From Octopus vulgaris (lineage: Eukaryota): a stretch of DNA of 64,000 bases. Where the stretch lies: NCBI GenBank assembly GCA_951406725.2, contig OX597838.1, forward strand, positions 43,214,001 through 43,278,000, written 5' to 3'. The notes below the pieces were generated by a model. The model worked only from the letters and a program-made list of their open reading frames with translations, did not search any database and was not told where the DNA came from. Made by a program: the position numbers and the translations under genes. Positions 26,807-45,329 of this stretch are shown one piece after another; the stretch's first letter is position 1; each line of letters starts with the position of its first letter.

Positions 26807-27226
26807 AGATCTTTTTGGTTTGAACGGCAGATTTTTCTAGCGGTGTCATGAAATTGTCACCCATAATTATGACCCTAGTATCGATCTATTGCATTTCAAT
26901 CTCTTTTAGGGTTAGGGTTAGGGGGAAGGGAAGGATATCCTTTTTTCTTCACAAATGTAAATAAACCCAATCTGTTTCTTAAATGAGGGACATATTCATA
27001 CAGCACAGAATGGTTTTTTTTACCTCAATAGACGTCATTGATTGGTTGAAATTGCAGAAATTGAAGAAAAAAAGAAACAACAAATATCTTACAAACTATA
27101 GAATTTTCTCAATAAAGCCAAGAGAAAAAGATATTTTATAAACACATTCTACCAGTATACGAAGTTTAACATATTTTAGTTACCTAGAAATTATGTTAAA
27201 AACTGCCGTTCAAACTGAAAAGATCC
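26807..27226. mobile_element. MITE with 8-bp TSD (Merlin- or MULE-like)
   Basis: TSD cattccac at 26799-26806 and 27227-27234; TIRs agatctttttggtttgaacggcag and ctgccgttcaaactgaaaagatcc; internal (TTAGGG)3. Confidence 0.88.
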
Positions 27227-27360
27227 CATTCCACTGCTATTTCACAGTTGAGTGGATGGCGTTTATTGGAAAGATACATCAAAACTTATGAAGACAACTG
27301 CTCCTATAGAAGCCATCTCAACCATGCAAGCAGCAAACAGAAAGAAGACACACTACATGC

Positions 27361-27421
<61 letters not shown>

Positions 27422-28639
27422 ATATACATACATACACACACACACACACATATACATATACATACACTAATGTATTTAATAATTTATAAGTTATCATTCA
27501 ACAGCTTCCTTACTACAGTTCACCCCCTCCCTTCTACTATTCATTGATAGCTAGTTGCCTCTTCTTTCTTTTCTTCTTTTTTTTTTTCCATCTGGAAAGA
27601 AAAAAAAAAGTCTGCTGTGATTATTGTGTTGCCTTAGTTCCCACAGATTGAAGTGTGTCACAAGTCTTGCAGCTTCATCTCACTCCTTCACTGTCAACTT
27701 TCAGAACAATGGCCTACTGTGCCAATTTCAGTTCCGAGTCTGCTATTGTCTGCAGACATTTTTCCTATTATTTTACTCATGTCGTTACGAAAACCTTAAT
27801 GAAAACTTACTATATTTGACTAGTTCTGTCATAATTTTGGAATAATTAGTGCTATAAACTACGGTGTTGATTGTTTGTCTTGCTTGCTGTTGAAATTCTT
27901 TCCAACCATCATTTGTCTTCGTTATTAGAAACGAAACAAACGAATACAAGTCGAGATTACTTTCACTGACGAATATCAAATTCTCTGATTACGACTGAAC
28001 TTTGTAATGAAAAATAAAAACAATCTTGTCATATTTCATAATAATAATAATATTAATAATAATAGTTTCAAATTTTGGCACAAGGCCAGCAATCTTGGGG
28101 TAAGCGGGGGGAAGTTGATTACGTCGACTCTAGTGCTCGACTGGTACTTATTTTATCAACCCCAAAAGGATGAAAGGCAAAGTCGGGCCTTGATGGAATT
28201 TGAACTCAGAACATAAAGACAGAAGAAATGTCACGAAGCATTTTGTCTGGTCATGCTAATGATTCTGGCAGCTCACCATATTTTGATGATAATAATAATA
28301 ATAATAATAATCCTATTTAGGCACAAGGCCTGAAATTTGGGGGAGGGGGATTATGTTTTCTACTATTATAACTCTGGGCTGACTGATGCCATGTGAGTGA
28401 ATTTGGTAGATGGAAACTGAAAGAAGCCTTGAGTGTGTGTCTTTGTATTTGTCCCCCACCACATCATAACTGGTGTTTGTTTGTTCACATTCCTGTAACT
28501 TGGTGGTTTGTCAAAATGAAACCAGCAATGAGGACCAAGCTCAGAGTAATAAATTGATTTATTCAATGAGTGCCCCAGCATGGCCACAATCCAATGGCTG
28601 AAATAAGTTAATGAATTCCTGTTTAATATTTGTACATGT

Positions 28640-28826
28640 GAAGGCAGCGAGCTGGCAGAAATGTTTTTGTCTGTCTTTACATTCTGAGTTCAAATTCCGC
28701 CAAGGTTGACTTCACCTTTTATCTTTTCGGGGTCGATAAATTAAATACCAGTTGCATACTGGAGTCAACCTAATTGACTGGGCTCCTCCCCAACAATTTC
28801 AAGCTTTGTGCCCAGAGTAGAAAAGA
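28640..28826 (+). mobile_element. SINE family B with TSD
   Basis: Flanked by aatatttgtacatgtg and aatatttgaacatgtg. Confidence 0.85.
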
Positions 28827-28892
28827 ATATTTGAACATGTGGTGATATGTAATTGTTTAGTTTTTACAGACACTTCTTCAACAGATGCTACA

Positions 28893-28926
<34 letters not shown>

Positions 28927-30655
28927 CTAATTGATTGGTCAGACTTTGTTGTTGGTAAATAAGATTTAAGTCTTAAATTCTAAGTCAAAACATGTGTTCT
29001 CCATTCTGAAGTAGGCAGCAAGGTGTTTATTGGTAGACGTAAAAATATTTTAAAAATGGTTAAGAGGATAATCTATTGGATTATTTACTCAAGGCATTGT
29101 AAATTTAAATCTCTGCTGTTGGGAGCTTGGTTGTATTTTTGGAGAAGCTACTTAATTTTGTAAGAGAATTATTTTCCATAATTGCAAGATAGATTCTTCA
29201 AGCTGAGCTGACTGGCCGCAGTCCAAGAATTGGGTAATATCCATAGCTTCATTTGGTCACCCTTGAGAATCCAGCCAGAAAGTTTAATGATGGTTACTTC
29301 TGACAGGAGTCCACGGAAGAGGTACTTGAGGAGTCTACTCCACCCCACCCTCCTTCCTCCCCCAGAAATAGTGATCAGCAAAAATGGCTGGCTGGTTGGA
29401 TGGCTGGATGGACGGATGATGTTTCATTTGCTCATGCCATGAAGTTAGGATTAAACTTTTATCGAGAATACTTGGTGCTTTGCTTCCAGCCAGAAAATGT
29501 TTGCAAACCTTTATTGCAATTAAAAGGAAATTTGATGGAAACTGAGGTGAAGCCAAAACTTCAGCAGCATGGCACTGCTTAAAAAAACCTATGTATTTTG
29601 CTTTTGTCTTTTTATTCTTATCATTGTTATTGTCCAGTATAGGCACAGGTATGCAAACGTGGCTCTGTGGTAAGAAGCTTGCTTCCTATCCATATGGTTT
29701 TGTGTTCAATCCCACTGTTTGACATACTGGGGCAAGTGTTTTCTATTATAACCCTGGACTGACCAAAGTGTTGGAAGTGTAACTGGTAGATAGAGACCGA
29801 AAGAAGCTTCTTGTATATGTGTGTGTGTTTGTGTTTTCCTTATCTTGGCATCATATGATAGTTGTAAATGAGTGTCACTGTCATATAAGCAGTGTCATTC
29901 ATTTATAATATTCTGCAGTGTTATGTCTGGCCATGGAGAAATGTTTCCTTGTTTGGAAACGGATGAGAGTTGTCTGCATGAAGGGCATCCAACTGTAGAA
30001 AAATTTCCTCATTAAACTCTATTTGACCTTTGAGGGCAAAGAAAACTGGATGTCACAATGAGGATAATGATGATGATGATGATGTTACTGTTTGAGCCAG
30101 TTTGCAGCAATCACATTACAGAACTCTTCTCCGCTGCCTCTTCCTCCTTTTTCTTCCTCTTGTTGCTGTGGTGTTCTCCGCTTCTTCCTTCTCAACATCA
30201 ATATGCCATTCCCACTTGTCCTTATGTCCTAATCTATTAGGATCTGGAAAAGTTACGGGGTCTGTCCCTTTACCTCTTCTTCAGACTAAAGTATTCAAAC
30301 AACAACTTCCACTAACGAGGATTCAACAATTATTTAATTGCTGTGTTTGGCTTTATCATCTTTTATTGGAGAATGTTTTGAAAATAAACTCGAGAATCTG
30401 TGCTTCTCTCAAAGTGGGTGGTAACTCACCCTTGTGGGATTGGGGGAGAAAGTAGAACATGTTATGATGGGTACCGGAGACAACAGATGCCTCTGTACAG
30501 CTTCTTCAGTCTCATATTTAAATATTGACTTAAAAAATAATTTAGATGTAATACTATGATATAATGCTTGTTAGCTACATTCACAAGAAGAAGAAGAAGA
30601 AGAAGGAGAAGAAGATGAATAGGCTCTGAAATGTGAGAAAGTAAATAAACAAAAC

Positions 30656-30703
<48 letters not shown>

Positions 30704-31042
30704 GGCATGGCTGTGTGGTAAGAGATTTGCTTCCCAGCCACATGGTTTCAGGTTCAGATCCTCTGAATGTCTTTTGAGTGGATTTGGTGCATGGAAACTG
30801 AAAGAAGCCCATCATACGTCTGTGTTTGTGTCTGTGTTTCTCTCCTGCCATCGCTTGACAACCAGTGTTGGTGTGTTTCTGTCCCTGTAACTTAGCAGTT
30901 AGGCAGAAGAGATCAATAGAATAAGTACCAGATATACAAAAATGTAAGTATTGGGTGGGGGTGGTGGTTAATTCATTTAACTAAAATTCTTTGGGGCACT
31001 GTCCCAGCATGGCCACAGTCTAATGACTGAAACAAGTAAAAG

Positions 31043-31626
<584 letters not shown>

Positions 31627-31775
31627 ATATGATGATGATGGTGATATATAATCTTGGAAATGGATGTATAGCATTCAATTAAGCTCGAAATGAGGAGTAG
31701 ATAGACACCCAACAACTGATGACGGGTCCTTCCTCTGTGCTTACTTGTCCTGTTTTCCATTTTTTCTCGATGTTT

Positions 31776-31807
<32 letters not shown>

Positions 31808-31924
31808 TATATATTTATTCATTCATTCAGTTCTCATTGTGCCTTCTGGCAAGATCATTCCACCTTCAGACACTGAGAGCGTACTTGACAGCTTGCTCCA
31901 TTGTTAAAACCTCTGCTTTTAAGA

Positions 31925-32195
31925 TCTTCTATTATTTTGCTATGCCACATTTCCTTTGGCCATGTCTTTTATTTTGTGGAACCCATTGCAAAGGGATCCT
32001 GACAACTGAGTTTGGTTCGTAGCGACAATCTCGACCCAGCCATTTCCATCTCCTTGTTTCAATAGTTTCTCTTATTGGTTTCACGGTAGCCTTGCTGTGC
32101 AGTTGGCTATTTGAGATCATGTTCAGCCTGTAGACCTTCCAAGTTTTTTGTAAACATTTATTTTGAAACCCCCTCCAATTTCTTTTCAAGCTACA
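31925..32195 (-). pseudogene. RTE-clade LINE ORF C-terminal remnant
   Basis: FQNKCLQKTWKVYRLNMISNSQLHSK...RRWKWLGR...NSVVRIPLQWVP. Confidence 0.82.
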
Positions 32196-32244
32196 GAAAA
32201 GATAACAAGAAATAATTAAATACATACATACATACGTACATACC

Positions 32245-32283
<39 letters not shown>

Positions 32284-32881
32284 TCTTTGTTGTCTACACC
32301 ACCTGTTGTCTTTTGTTTTTTTGTGAATTCTCCCCCCTATATATATATATATATATACATACATACACATACTCTCACACACACACACACACACATCCCA
32401 TGCTAGCATTGAAAACGGACGTTAAATGATGATGATGATGATGATGATATATATACCACCTATGCTTATTGTATTCACTTTTAGTTGGGTGGTACTGTGG
32501 TAAGTAGTCATTCACATTAAAGTGGCACCCTTAACTAAATTACTTGGCCTGATATTATATATGTATGTCTATGGGAAGCGATGGTGGTGGTAGTGGGGGC
32601 ATCGAATCATAATAAGGGGTCAATGAGAAAGTGTTAGTAAAAGGAGGGAAGGGGTTCAAAAGTTTGAAAACCATTGCAACCTGAAGAATATGCATCCTGG
32701 TGTGCATCACCATGTTGGAATAGATTTTAGCATGGCAACAATTGGCTGCACATGTCTTTACAAACTGCTTGGCCATTTGACCTGCTAGAAATAGCAACTA
32801 GATTACTAAATTATACCCTACTGTTGTAAAACTGGATGATGGACAATGTAACCTTAACTGTTAATAAAAATATGCTAACAA

Positions 32882-33042
32882 AATAATGAAATTATTGTAT
32901 ACAGTGCTCAGGTGCACCACAACTTGTCAGAAAGTGCGTATAAAGTATATTCCAGACATTTGTACATTACTGCATATACTGTATACGCACTTTCTGACAA
33001 GTTGTGGTGCACCTGAGCACTGTATACAATAATTTCATTATT
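32882..33042. repeat. Inverted repeat, about 67-bp arms and 26-bp spacer
   Basis: aataatgaaattattgtatacagtgctcaggtgcaccacaacttgtcagaaagtgcgtata and its exact reverse complement. Confidence 0.92.
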
Positions 33043-34759
33043 GTTATTATTATAAAAGTTAGCATATTTCTGTTGAAGTGCTTTTATTTCAGTTAATTTT
33101 GAAAGTAATGAAGAAATTAATAAGATAACGACTTCAATATGAATCTGGTGTTTGAAAGGTAAATTAGCAGGAAAATTTGATGGAAGGTTTTCATTTAGAT
33201 CGCTTTAAAACAAGAAGTTGATATTAGAGAAGCAGGGAGAGTCTCAGATGCCAGGTTGGTTAAATGCAGTAACAGTTAAATAAATTCCATGGAAAACAAC
33301 AACAGTAACAAACTTTTTATTTTCCACTTCAGGTTTCATTCTTGTTAAATATATTTTCAAAGTTTACATAAAAATAATTTTATCTTACGGTTCAAGAACT
33401 GTTAAGGAATTCTTAGTCTTGGAGTATTTTTTGAGTAATACCTGATTATTTTAGTTTGTGTGTGAGTATCTGTCTGTTTGTCTGTCTGTTTAAATAAATA
33501 AAATAAGCAAAAAAAGAGCTGTATTATTCAAAACTTTGTAGGATATACACGTGTTTCAGTAAAAATCCAAAATAATTACATAACAATAGTAGAAACATGC
33601 AATCAGGCATTTCACCTCATCAGTTTCCTGCAATATATATTACAATCAATGTCAGTGCTCCAAGTATATACACTTTTCCCCATTATACAAATAATCAACA
33701 ACCTTGCTTAAGGTCACATAAAATAGCAAGCTGTTCTATCCTTTTTTTTGTTATATGTATATCTATATCATCATCATCATCATCATCATCATCATTCATC
33801 ATTTAATGTTTATTTTCCAATCTGACATTGGTTGGCTTGTTTGACGATCTGGCAAGCCAGAGGACTGTTGTCTGTTTTGACAAGGCTCCTACAGCTGGAT
33901 GCCCTTCCTGATGCCAACCAGGAAAACACACACACACAAAAGTTAAGTGAAGTCTCTCTTAAGTTTAATTAATAACTTGACCAAAGAGGCAACATCATTC
34001 CAGTCCTTGTATTTGTCAATCTTCAAATTTGAATATATACGTAGAGACAACATTTTGTGAAAAATTCAGATAAATGACTGATTGCTTCTCTTCTATGTTT
34101 TCATTATGTAATATTCTCAATGTTTTTGCGCTATTCCCCAGTCACATTCTGGATAGGACCTGAAGAAAAAGAGTCTTATTATTAGTATTATCAAAATCAT
34201 TATTTCTGCCCAGGGGAAAATATTTCTTTGTTTTGAAACAACTGGTAATTGGCACCAAGAAAGACCTTTGGATGTAGAAAATCTGCCTCAACAAACTCTG
34301 TCCAAGCAATGCAAGCTTGGAAAAGGGAACATAACAGAGCCTGGTGCAATTCCCTGACTTGTCAGCTTGTCCAACCCATGCCAGCATGGAAAATGGATGT
34401 TAAATGATGATGATGATGATGATGATGATTGTTTCTTTTATTCAGAATCCCTCTAAAGTTAATTGATTTGAATTAAGTTGGCTTTGATTTCCCATCAATC
34501 TCAGCTTTGCCATGACTCTTCAGAAATCATTGAAAGTTTGATGAATCAAAAATGGTGATTCCTGTTTTTCACATGGTCCCATTAATGCTGCTACATCAAG
34601 AATTGGATATCCCAATGGTCTCTTTAGCTTTGCACCACAAAACAAAAACCAAGAATATTCTTTATTGTGAGGCTTTGAATTGAATAAAATGACTAAAAAA
34701 ATTTTACTGCATTTCTTATTTTATTGAAGTGACAGAAGTCTTATAGCTTGGAATGTAGT

Positions 34760-34925
34760 CGCAGGCATGGTCGGGTGGTATGAAGCTTGCTTTCCAACCA
34801 CATAATTTTGGGTTCAGTCCCACTGCATGACACCTTGGTCAAGTTTCTTCTTCTACTATAGCCTCAGGCTGACCAAAGCTTTGTGAATGGATTTAGTAGA
34901 CAGAAACTAAAAGAAGCCCATTGTA
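34760..34925 (+). mobile_element. SINE family A, 5' half
   Basis: tRNA-like head and core up to aaagaagcccattgtatata, where the internal microsatellite begins. Confidence 0.85.
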
Positions 34926-34932
34926 TATATAC

Positions 34933-36193
<1,261 letters not shown>

Positions 36194-36276
36194 GGTCCCG
36201 GGTTGATTCGGGGTTAACCACAGTAAGTAAGGTACTCAATACATAGCAGAGTAAAATTAATTTATTATATAGAAGG

Positions 36277-36327
36277 AGCTTCTACAGGACTCGTACTGTT
36301 TCATTCAAGAGAAATCTTCAGGAAGCT
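36277..36327 (-). ncRNA. Type I hammerhead-like motif (left arm)
   Basis: AGCUUC CUGAAGA u UUC-ucuu-GAA u GAA ACAG-uacgaguc-CUGU A GAAGCU. Confidence 0.68.
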
Positions 36328-36668
36328 ATTTAACAAGAATTGTATTAGCATTTATACATTTAGGCAGGTTTAAAGGAGTGGTGGTGGGGGACTTTTTGGG
36401 GTAGGCATAGCGCAAAATATCATACTTGGGGGAGTGGTCAAGGAGTCAGTGGTAAGTTAGATGAAAGAATAGATAAATAAAAAAAATAAAAAAATAAAAA
36501 AATAAAAAATATATAAAAAATAAAAAATATATATAAAAATATATATATATAAAAATATATATATAAAATAGGGGGGATAGAGTTATAGGTAAATAAGGAG
36601 ATTCTCACTTATACCTATACACACATGTATACGTATCTACACACACACATATACACACATATATACAT

Positions 36669-36699
<31 letters not shown>

Positions 36700-37141
36700 C
36701 ATATATACACACATACATACATATCTACATACACACATACATACACCCGCCCACATATACAAATTTATACACATGCACATGCCTATACCTGTCTACACAT
36801 ACACACACGTATATATGCATACACTCACTCCCATGCATGCACGCATACACACATGTATATATATATATATATACCCACGACCACACATACATATATACAC
36901 AGAAAAATATATATTCATACGCACATACACTCATGCACACACAACACACCTAGTTCCCTATATACACATATTTACACCTATATATACATACACCCACATA
37001 CACATATGTACATATATATATATATATATATATACATATACACGCATACATATATATACATGTGTGCACATACATACACATACACACATACATACACATA
37101 CACATACACATGTGTACCTATACATACCTACACACACACAC

Positions 37142-37200
<59 letters not shown>

Positions 37201-37526
37201 CCAATACAGGCCCATTCCCTAATTTTAATTTTATTATCTTCATTTATTACTTTTGTTATCTTTGATCGCTAGAGCTAAGGATCCTGGCTATGGCAGTATG
37301 TCCATTTGTCTGTCTACTAGAAGGCAAGTACTCATTCCCGCACGCACACTCATTAGCACGTACATTCACCCATTCGTACACTCATACACATACACGTACG
37401 CACGCGTTATATTCATACATACAAACATCTACATACGTTCACGTATATACACATACGTACTCGTACCTACAGATTCGTGTCTACACTTTAGGAGGCTAGT
37501 CTATACATATACACCAATAAATATAC

Positions 37527-37559
<33 letters not shown>

Positions 37560-37625
37560 TACACACACACACACTATATACTCCTACATACAGATACATA
37601 CCTATATATATATATATACATATAT

Positions 37626-37680
<55 letters not shown>

Positions 37681-38089
37681 CACATACACACACACACATA
37701 CACACACATACATACACATATATATATATATATACATACACAAACATATATACACACATATATATACATACACACATCCACACATACATACGTATACATA
37801 CATACATACATCCATACATCCATACTTACATGCATTTATACGCATACATTCATGTATGTAGATGTTTGTATGTATGAATATAACGCGTGCGTACGTGTAT
37901 GTGTATGAGTGTACGAATGGGTGAATGTACGTGCTAATGAGTGTGCGTGCGGGAATGAGTACTTGCCTTCTAGTAGACAGACAAATGGACATGCTGCCAT
38001 AGCCAGGATCCTTAGCTCTAGCGATCAAAGATAACAAAAGTAATAAATGAAGATAATAAAATTAAAATTAGGGAATGGGCCTGTATTGG

Positions 38090-38136
<47 letters not shown>

Positions 38137-38569
38137 GTGTGTGTGTGTGTAGGTATGTATAGGTACACATGTGTATGTGTATGTGTATGTATATGTGTAT
38201 GTGTATGTATGTGCACACATGTATATATATGTATGCGTGTATATGTATATATATATATATATGTACATATGTGTATGTGGGTGTATGTATATATAGGTGT
38301 AAATATGTGTATATAGGGAACTAGTGTGTGTTGTGTGTGCATGAGTGTATGTGCGTATGAATATATATTTTTCTGTGTATATATGTATGTGTGGTCGTGG
38401 GTATATATATATATATATATACATGTGTGTATGCGTGCATGCATGGGAGTGAGTGTATGCATATATACGTGTGTGTATGTGTAGACAGGTATAGGCATGT
38501 GCATGTGTATAAATTTGTATATGTGGGCGGGTGTATGTATGTGTGTATGTAGATATGTATGTATGTGTG

Positions 38570-38611
<42 letters not shown>

Positions 38612-38932
38612 TATATGTGTGTGTGTAGATACGTATACATGTGTGTATAGGTATAAGTGAGAATCTCCTTATTTACCTATAACTCTATCCCCCCTTTTTT
38701 TATATATATATTTTTATATATATATATTTTTATATATATTTTTTATTTTTTTATTTTTTTATTTTATTTTTTTATTTTTTTATTTATCTATTCTTTCATC
38801 TAACTTACCACTGACTCCTTGACCACTCCCCAAGTATGATATTTTGCACTATGCCTACCCCCAAAAAGTCCCCCACCACCACTCCTTTAAACCTGCCTAA
38901 ATGTATAAATGCTAATACAATTCTTGTTAAAT

Positions 38933-38983
38933 AGCTTCCTGAAGATTTCTCTTGAATGAAACAGTACTAGTCCTGTAGAAGCT
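38933..38983 (+). ncRNA. Type I hammerhead-like motif (right arm)
   Basis: AGCUUC CUGAAGA u UUC-ucuu-GAA u GAA ACAG-uacuaguc-CUGU A GAAGCU. Intact core, GUA triplet, weak stem II. Confidence 0.7.
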
Positions 38984-38994
38984 CCTTCTATATA

Positions 38995-42120
<3,126 letters not shown>

Positions 42121-42127
42121 TACGAAC

Positions 42128-42376
42128 CTGTGTGTGTGTGTGTGTGTGTGTATGCCTTTGTGTCTGTGTTTGTCCCTCGCCATTGCTTGGCAACTGATAT
42201 TGGTGTGTTTACGTCCCTGTAACTTAGCGGTTCAGCAAAAGAGACCGATAGAATAAATTCTAGGCTTACAAAGAATAAGTCCTGGGATTGATTTCTTCGA
42301 CTAAAACCCTTTAAGGCAGTGCTCCAGCATGGCCGCAGTCAAATGACTGAAACAAGTAAAAGAATAAAAGAAAAGA
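42128..42376 (+). mobile_element. SINE family A, 3' half
   Basis: (TG)n, then ...gtaacttagcggttcagcaaaagagaccgatag...gtcaaatgactgaaacaagtaaaagaataaaagaa. Confidence 0.87.
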
Positions 42377-42778
42377 ATTATTGCATACTGTTTCTTTGAT
42401 ACGATACTCGGTACCCTGGGTACATTTGGTCATATAAAATGTGTGTGTGTGTGTGTGTGATATCTTGTATGTGTGCATACACACACACATATGCCATTAA
42501 GACACCTGTTAGTACTGTGGAGCATATTAGCAAACAATTCAATTATCTTGAGTAAAAAATCAATGACATATACACATCTATATAATATATATATATATAT
42601 ATTTCATATACACTCATACACACACTTAATGCTACCTACACACATAGATACCCATAAAGCATTTACATATATTTTATGTATACATATTTTTCAATATATA
42701 TGTACATACATATATATGTATTTGAAGATATGTGAACAGCTGTTACATACATACATACATACATTTATATATATATAT

Positions 42779-42813
<35 letters not shown>

Positions 42814-43444
42814 AATAAATGTATGTATATATATATGTGTGTGTCTGCATATAGTTTGTTATTGAATTCTCTGTCAGTTTATTGAAGATTTTAATCTCAA
42901 TAGCTTTCAGTGTGTTGGAAATGAAAACTATTATTTTTTTTTTGTCAATTTTTGATGCTGTAAAGTTTATGTTAGAGAACAGCTGTCTGATGTCTTTGAA
43001 ATTGGTCTGCTTGGAGACGTTAATGTACTTTGTTTTCAATGGAACCTGACAGTAAGTTCAAAGATAGAAAAGAAAATAGATTCATAAATCTTTCTTCTTC
43101 AATCTAACAATGAACAAGAACTTAAAAGTTGCAGATTTTGCATAATTTATGTTCTTTATTTTGGTTGCATAATATCCAAACAGAAAACAAGAAAAGGTAA
43201 AACCATTACTTGCAGAATTCAAAGTATAATGGGTGTTGGCATGGTCATGTGATTAAGAGGTGTGCTTTGCAATCTCATCATCCCTGGTTCAATCCTGCTG
43301 TTCAGTACCTAGAGAAAGTATTTTTGGCCATAGACTTTTGTTGACCAATGCTTTATGATTGAAATTTCGTAGATGGAAATGTATGTCAAATCTGTTATTT
43401 ATTATTGGTATAAAACGTCAAACAAAAGTACCTTATGGTATTTA

Positions 43445-43785
43445 CCGTATTTGATGGCCTATAAGACGCATGAGTGCATAGGATGCACCCTAGCCTAGGC
43501 TATGCTTTTGTAAAATAAAATGTTTTAGTTCCTCCACTTCCCTGTATAACTTTATGTTATTATCGGTAATTATAAGCAATTTATTGCATCCACATTCAAT
43601 ATAAACATACCATAGGCATCACCAATAGATGGCAGCACAGATTTTATAAACATACATGACCTCTAATGTATAATTTTGGCCAACAGTCACGATTTTTCAG
43701 CCTACATTGAGTGCATTGGACACAGGGGGGTTTTTGAAGCCATTTTTGGGTAAATAATGTGCGTCTTATAGGCCATCAAATACGG
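43445..43785. mobile_element. Tc1/mariner/pogo-type MITE
   Basis: Perfect 26-bp TIR ccgtatttgatggcctataagacgca with TA TSDs. A decayed relative lies at about 49678-49876. Confidence 0.92.
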
Positions 43786-43788
43786 TAA

Positions 43789-44140
43789 GTATAGCTGTTG
43801 GCAGGATAATGCTCTGGTGTAGCAGGATCTTCATATGGTTGGTCCCAGATCTTGTTCATTCTTCTGAACACTGCTGCTGCTGCTTATCCAGTCCTGGAGT
43901 CAGCATCTGCATCAGTATCTCCCCATTACTCTAGCAAGAATGCTGCCCACATAAGTGAAATTGGTGACATCTTCAACAGGTTTTTGATTCACAGAACTCT
44001 GTGACTCTCTCTGCTCCCTGGCCTGCACCACCTTGGCTTTCTTGGCTGTTCTCTTCAGCCAATCGGGTTGTCATTTGCTGGAGGACTGAATGTGACTCTA
44101 GCATGAGTGACATGTCATTGGCATTGTCCTGGTCTGTTCT
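43789..44140 (-). pseudogene. RTE reverse transcriptase remnant (YADD-like region onward), inverted segment
   Basis: DNANDMSL...EDVTNFTYVGSIL...SRTG*AAAAVFRRMNKIW...YQSIILPTAI-like end. Confidence 0.8.
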
Positions 44141-44189
44141 GTGCCTCAGTAGTTGATCCATTTCTGACCAGAAGAAACAACAGAGGTGG

Positions 44190-44445
44190 CAAAAGAAACT
44201 TGGAAAATGACTGTCAAGATCACTCTGAGATTTAATGCATTCCGCCAGTGGCAACTGCAGAATACTCCAGATCACTTACTGGGACAGAATTACAAATTCT
44301 GAGGTCCTGAGAAGAGCCAATTGGTGAAACCTGCAGGAGATTGTGGTGGAAAGAAAAGGGAGACTTGCAAGTCATATTTTCCAACTGCCAGAATAACGTG
44401 TACCCAAGATAGTTATAGAATGGATACTACCTGAGGAATGAAGGT
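44190..44445 (+). pseudogene. RTE ORF remnant continuing the inverted segment
   Basis: ETWKMTVKITLRFNAF...RILQITYWDRITNSEVLRRA...RLASHIFQLPE. Confidence 0.8.
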
Positions 44446-44489
44446 TGGATCCCTCAAGATTGAAGTGAGGAGTGGGGGATAGTTTGTGT

Positions 44490-44705
44490 TGATTTTTTTT
44501 CTGTTGTTGTATGATTTCTGAAGTGACATTATCTAAACACGACCAGCTAACCTTAATATTATGGACATCAAAAAGTTTGTTGTATATATGGGTATTTGGG
44601 GAATGCCGTCTAATTAAGAATTGGATGCTTCTAGCTGTGTTTATAGAAATATCTAGAATGCATGAAGGATTGAACCAACTTATGTTTGTCCTTCTGATAT
44701 TTTCC
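44490..44705 (-). pseudogene. Penelope-like element ORF fragment (linker between RT thumb and GIY-YIG)
   Basis: RRTNISWFNPS...NTARSIQFLIRRHSPNTHIYNKLFDVHNIKVSWSCLDNVTSEI resembles my recalled PLE consensus RNIIWFNPP...TNIG..FL.LI..HFP..H...KIFN.N..K.SYSC..N. Confidence 0.75.
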
Positions 44706-45329
44706 ATTTCAGTAAGGTGGCATGCTGACAGAATTATTAGCATGATGGGCAAAATGCTTAGTGGTACTTCATCGATCTTTATGTTCTGAGTTTAAATTCC
44801 TCCCATGTTGACTTTGCCTTTCATCTTTTCAAGGTCAATCAAATAAGTACCAGATGTGCAATTGGGTCAATGCAATCAACTTACCAACTACCTCCCAAAT
44901 TGCTGGCCTTGTGCCAAAATTTGAAGCCAGTATTTCATGTTTCAGTGTAAACATGAGATTCTCGCTAAAGCAGCTCCTCGTTAGCAATTCATTACAATGG
45001 GATGTGGCCCAGTTGAAGATTATCCTTATGCTTTGTTTAATTAGAGATTCTTCTGTAGATATGTTACTTAATTTCCAACTTCTTACTTCATAGCCATATT
45101 TTTTCCCTCTTTGTCAAGACATCTGATGTATTAGACGTACAAATTTACACCAATGAAACTTCAAGTAATGTGGTACTGAGTCAAAATATTAATGCATACG
45201 TAACCCCCTCCCCCATTGCACACGTAGAAGATAAATAATTGTTTTTGAACAAGAAACTGCTGGGTTATTTGTTCTTAGCGGAGTTGAAAAGCCACTTCCT
45301 TACCACTCTGCTACCATTGTAACTGCAGC

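Noticed and set aside
26905-26922. Telomere or chromosome-fusion scar
   Set aside because: Only three hexamers, internal to a TIR- and TSD-bounded element
36625-38640. Mirrored H/T/Y/I-rich ORFs on both strands
   Set aside because: Produced by CA/TA repeats in the inverted arms; no domain content
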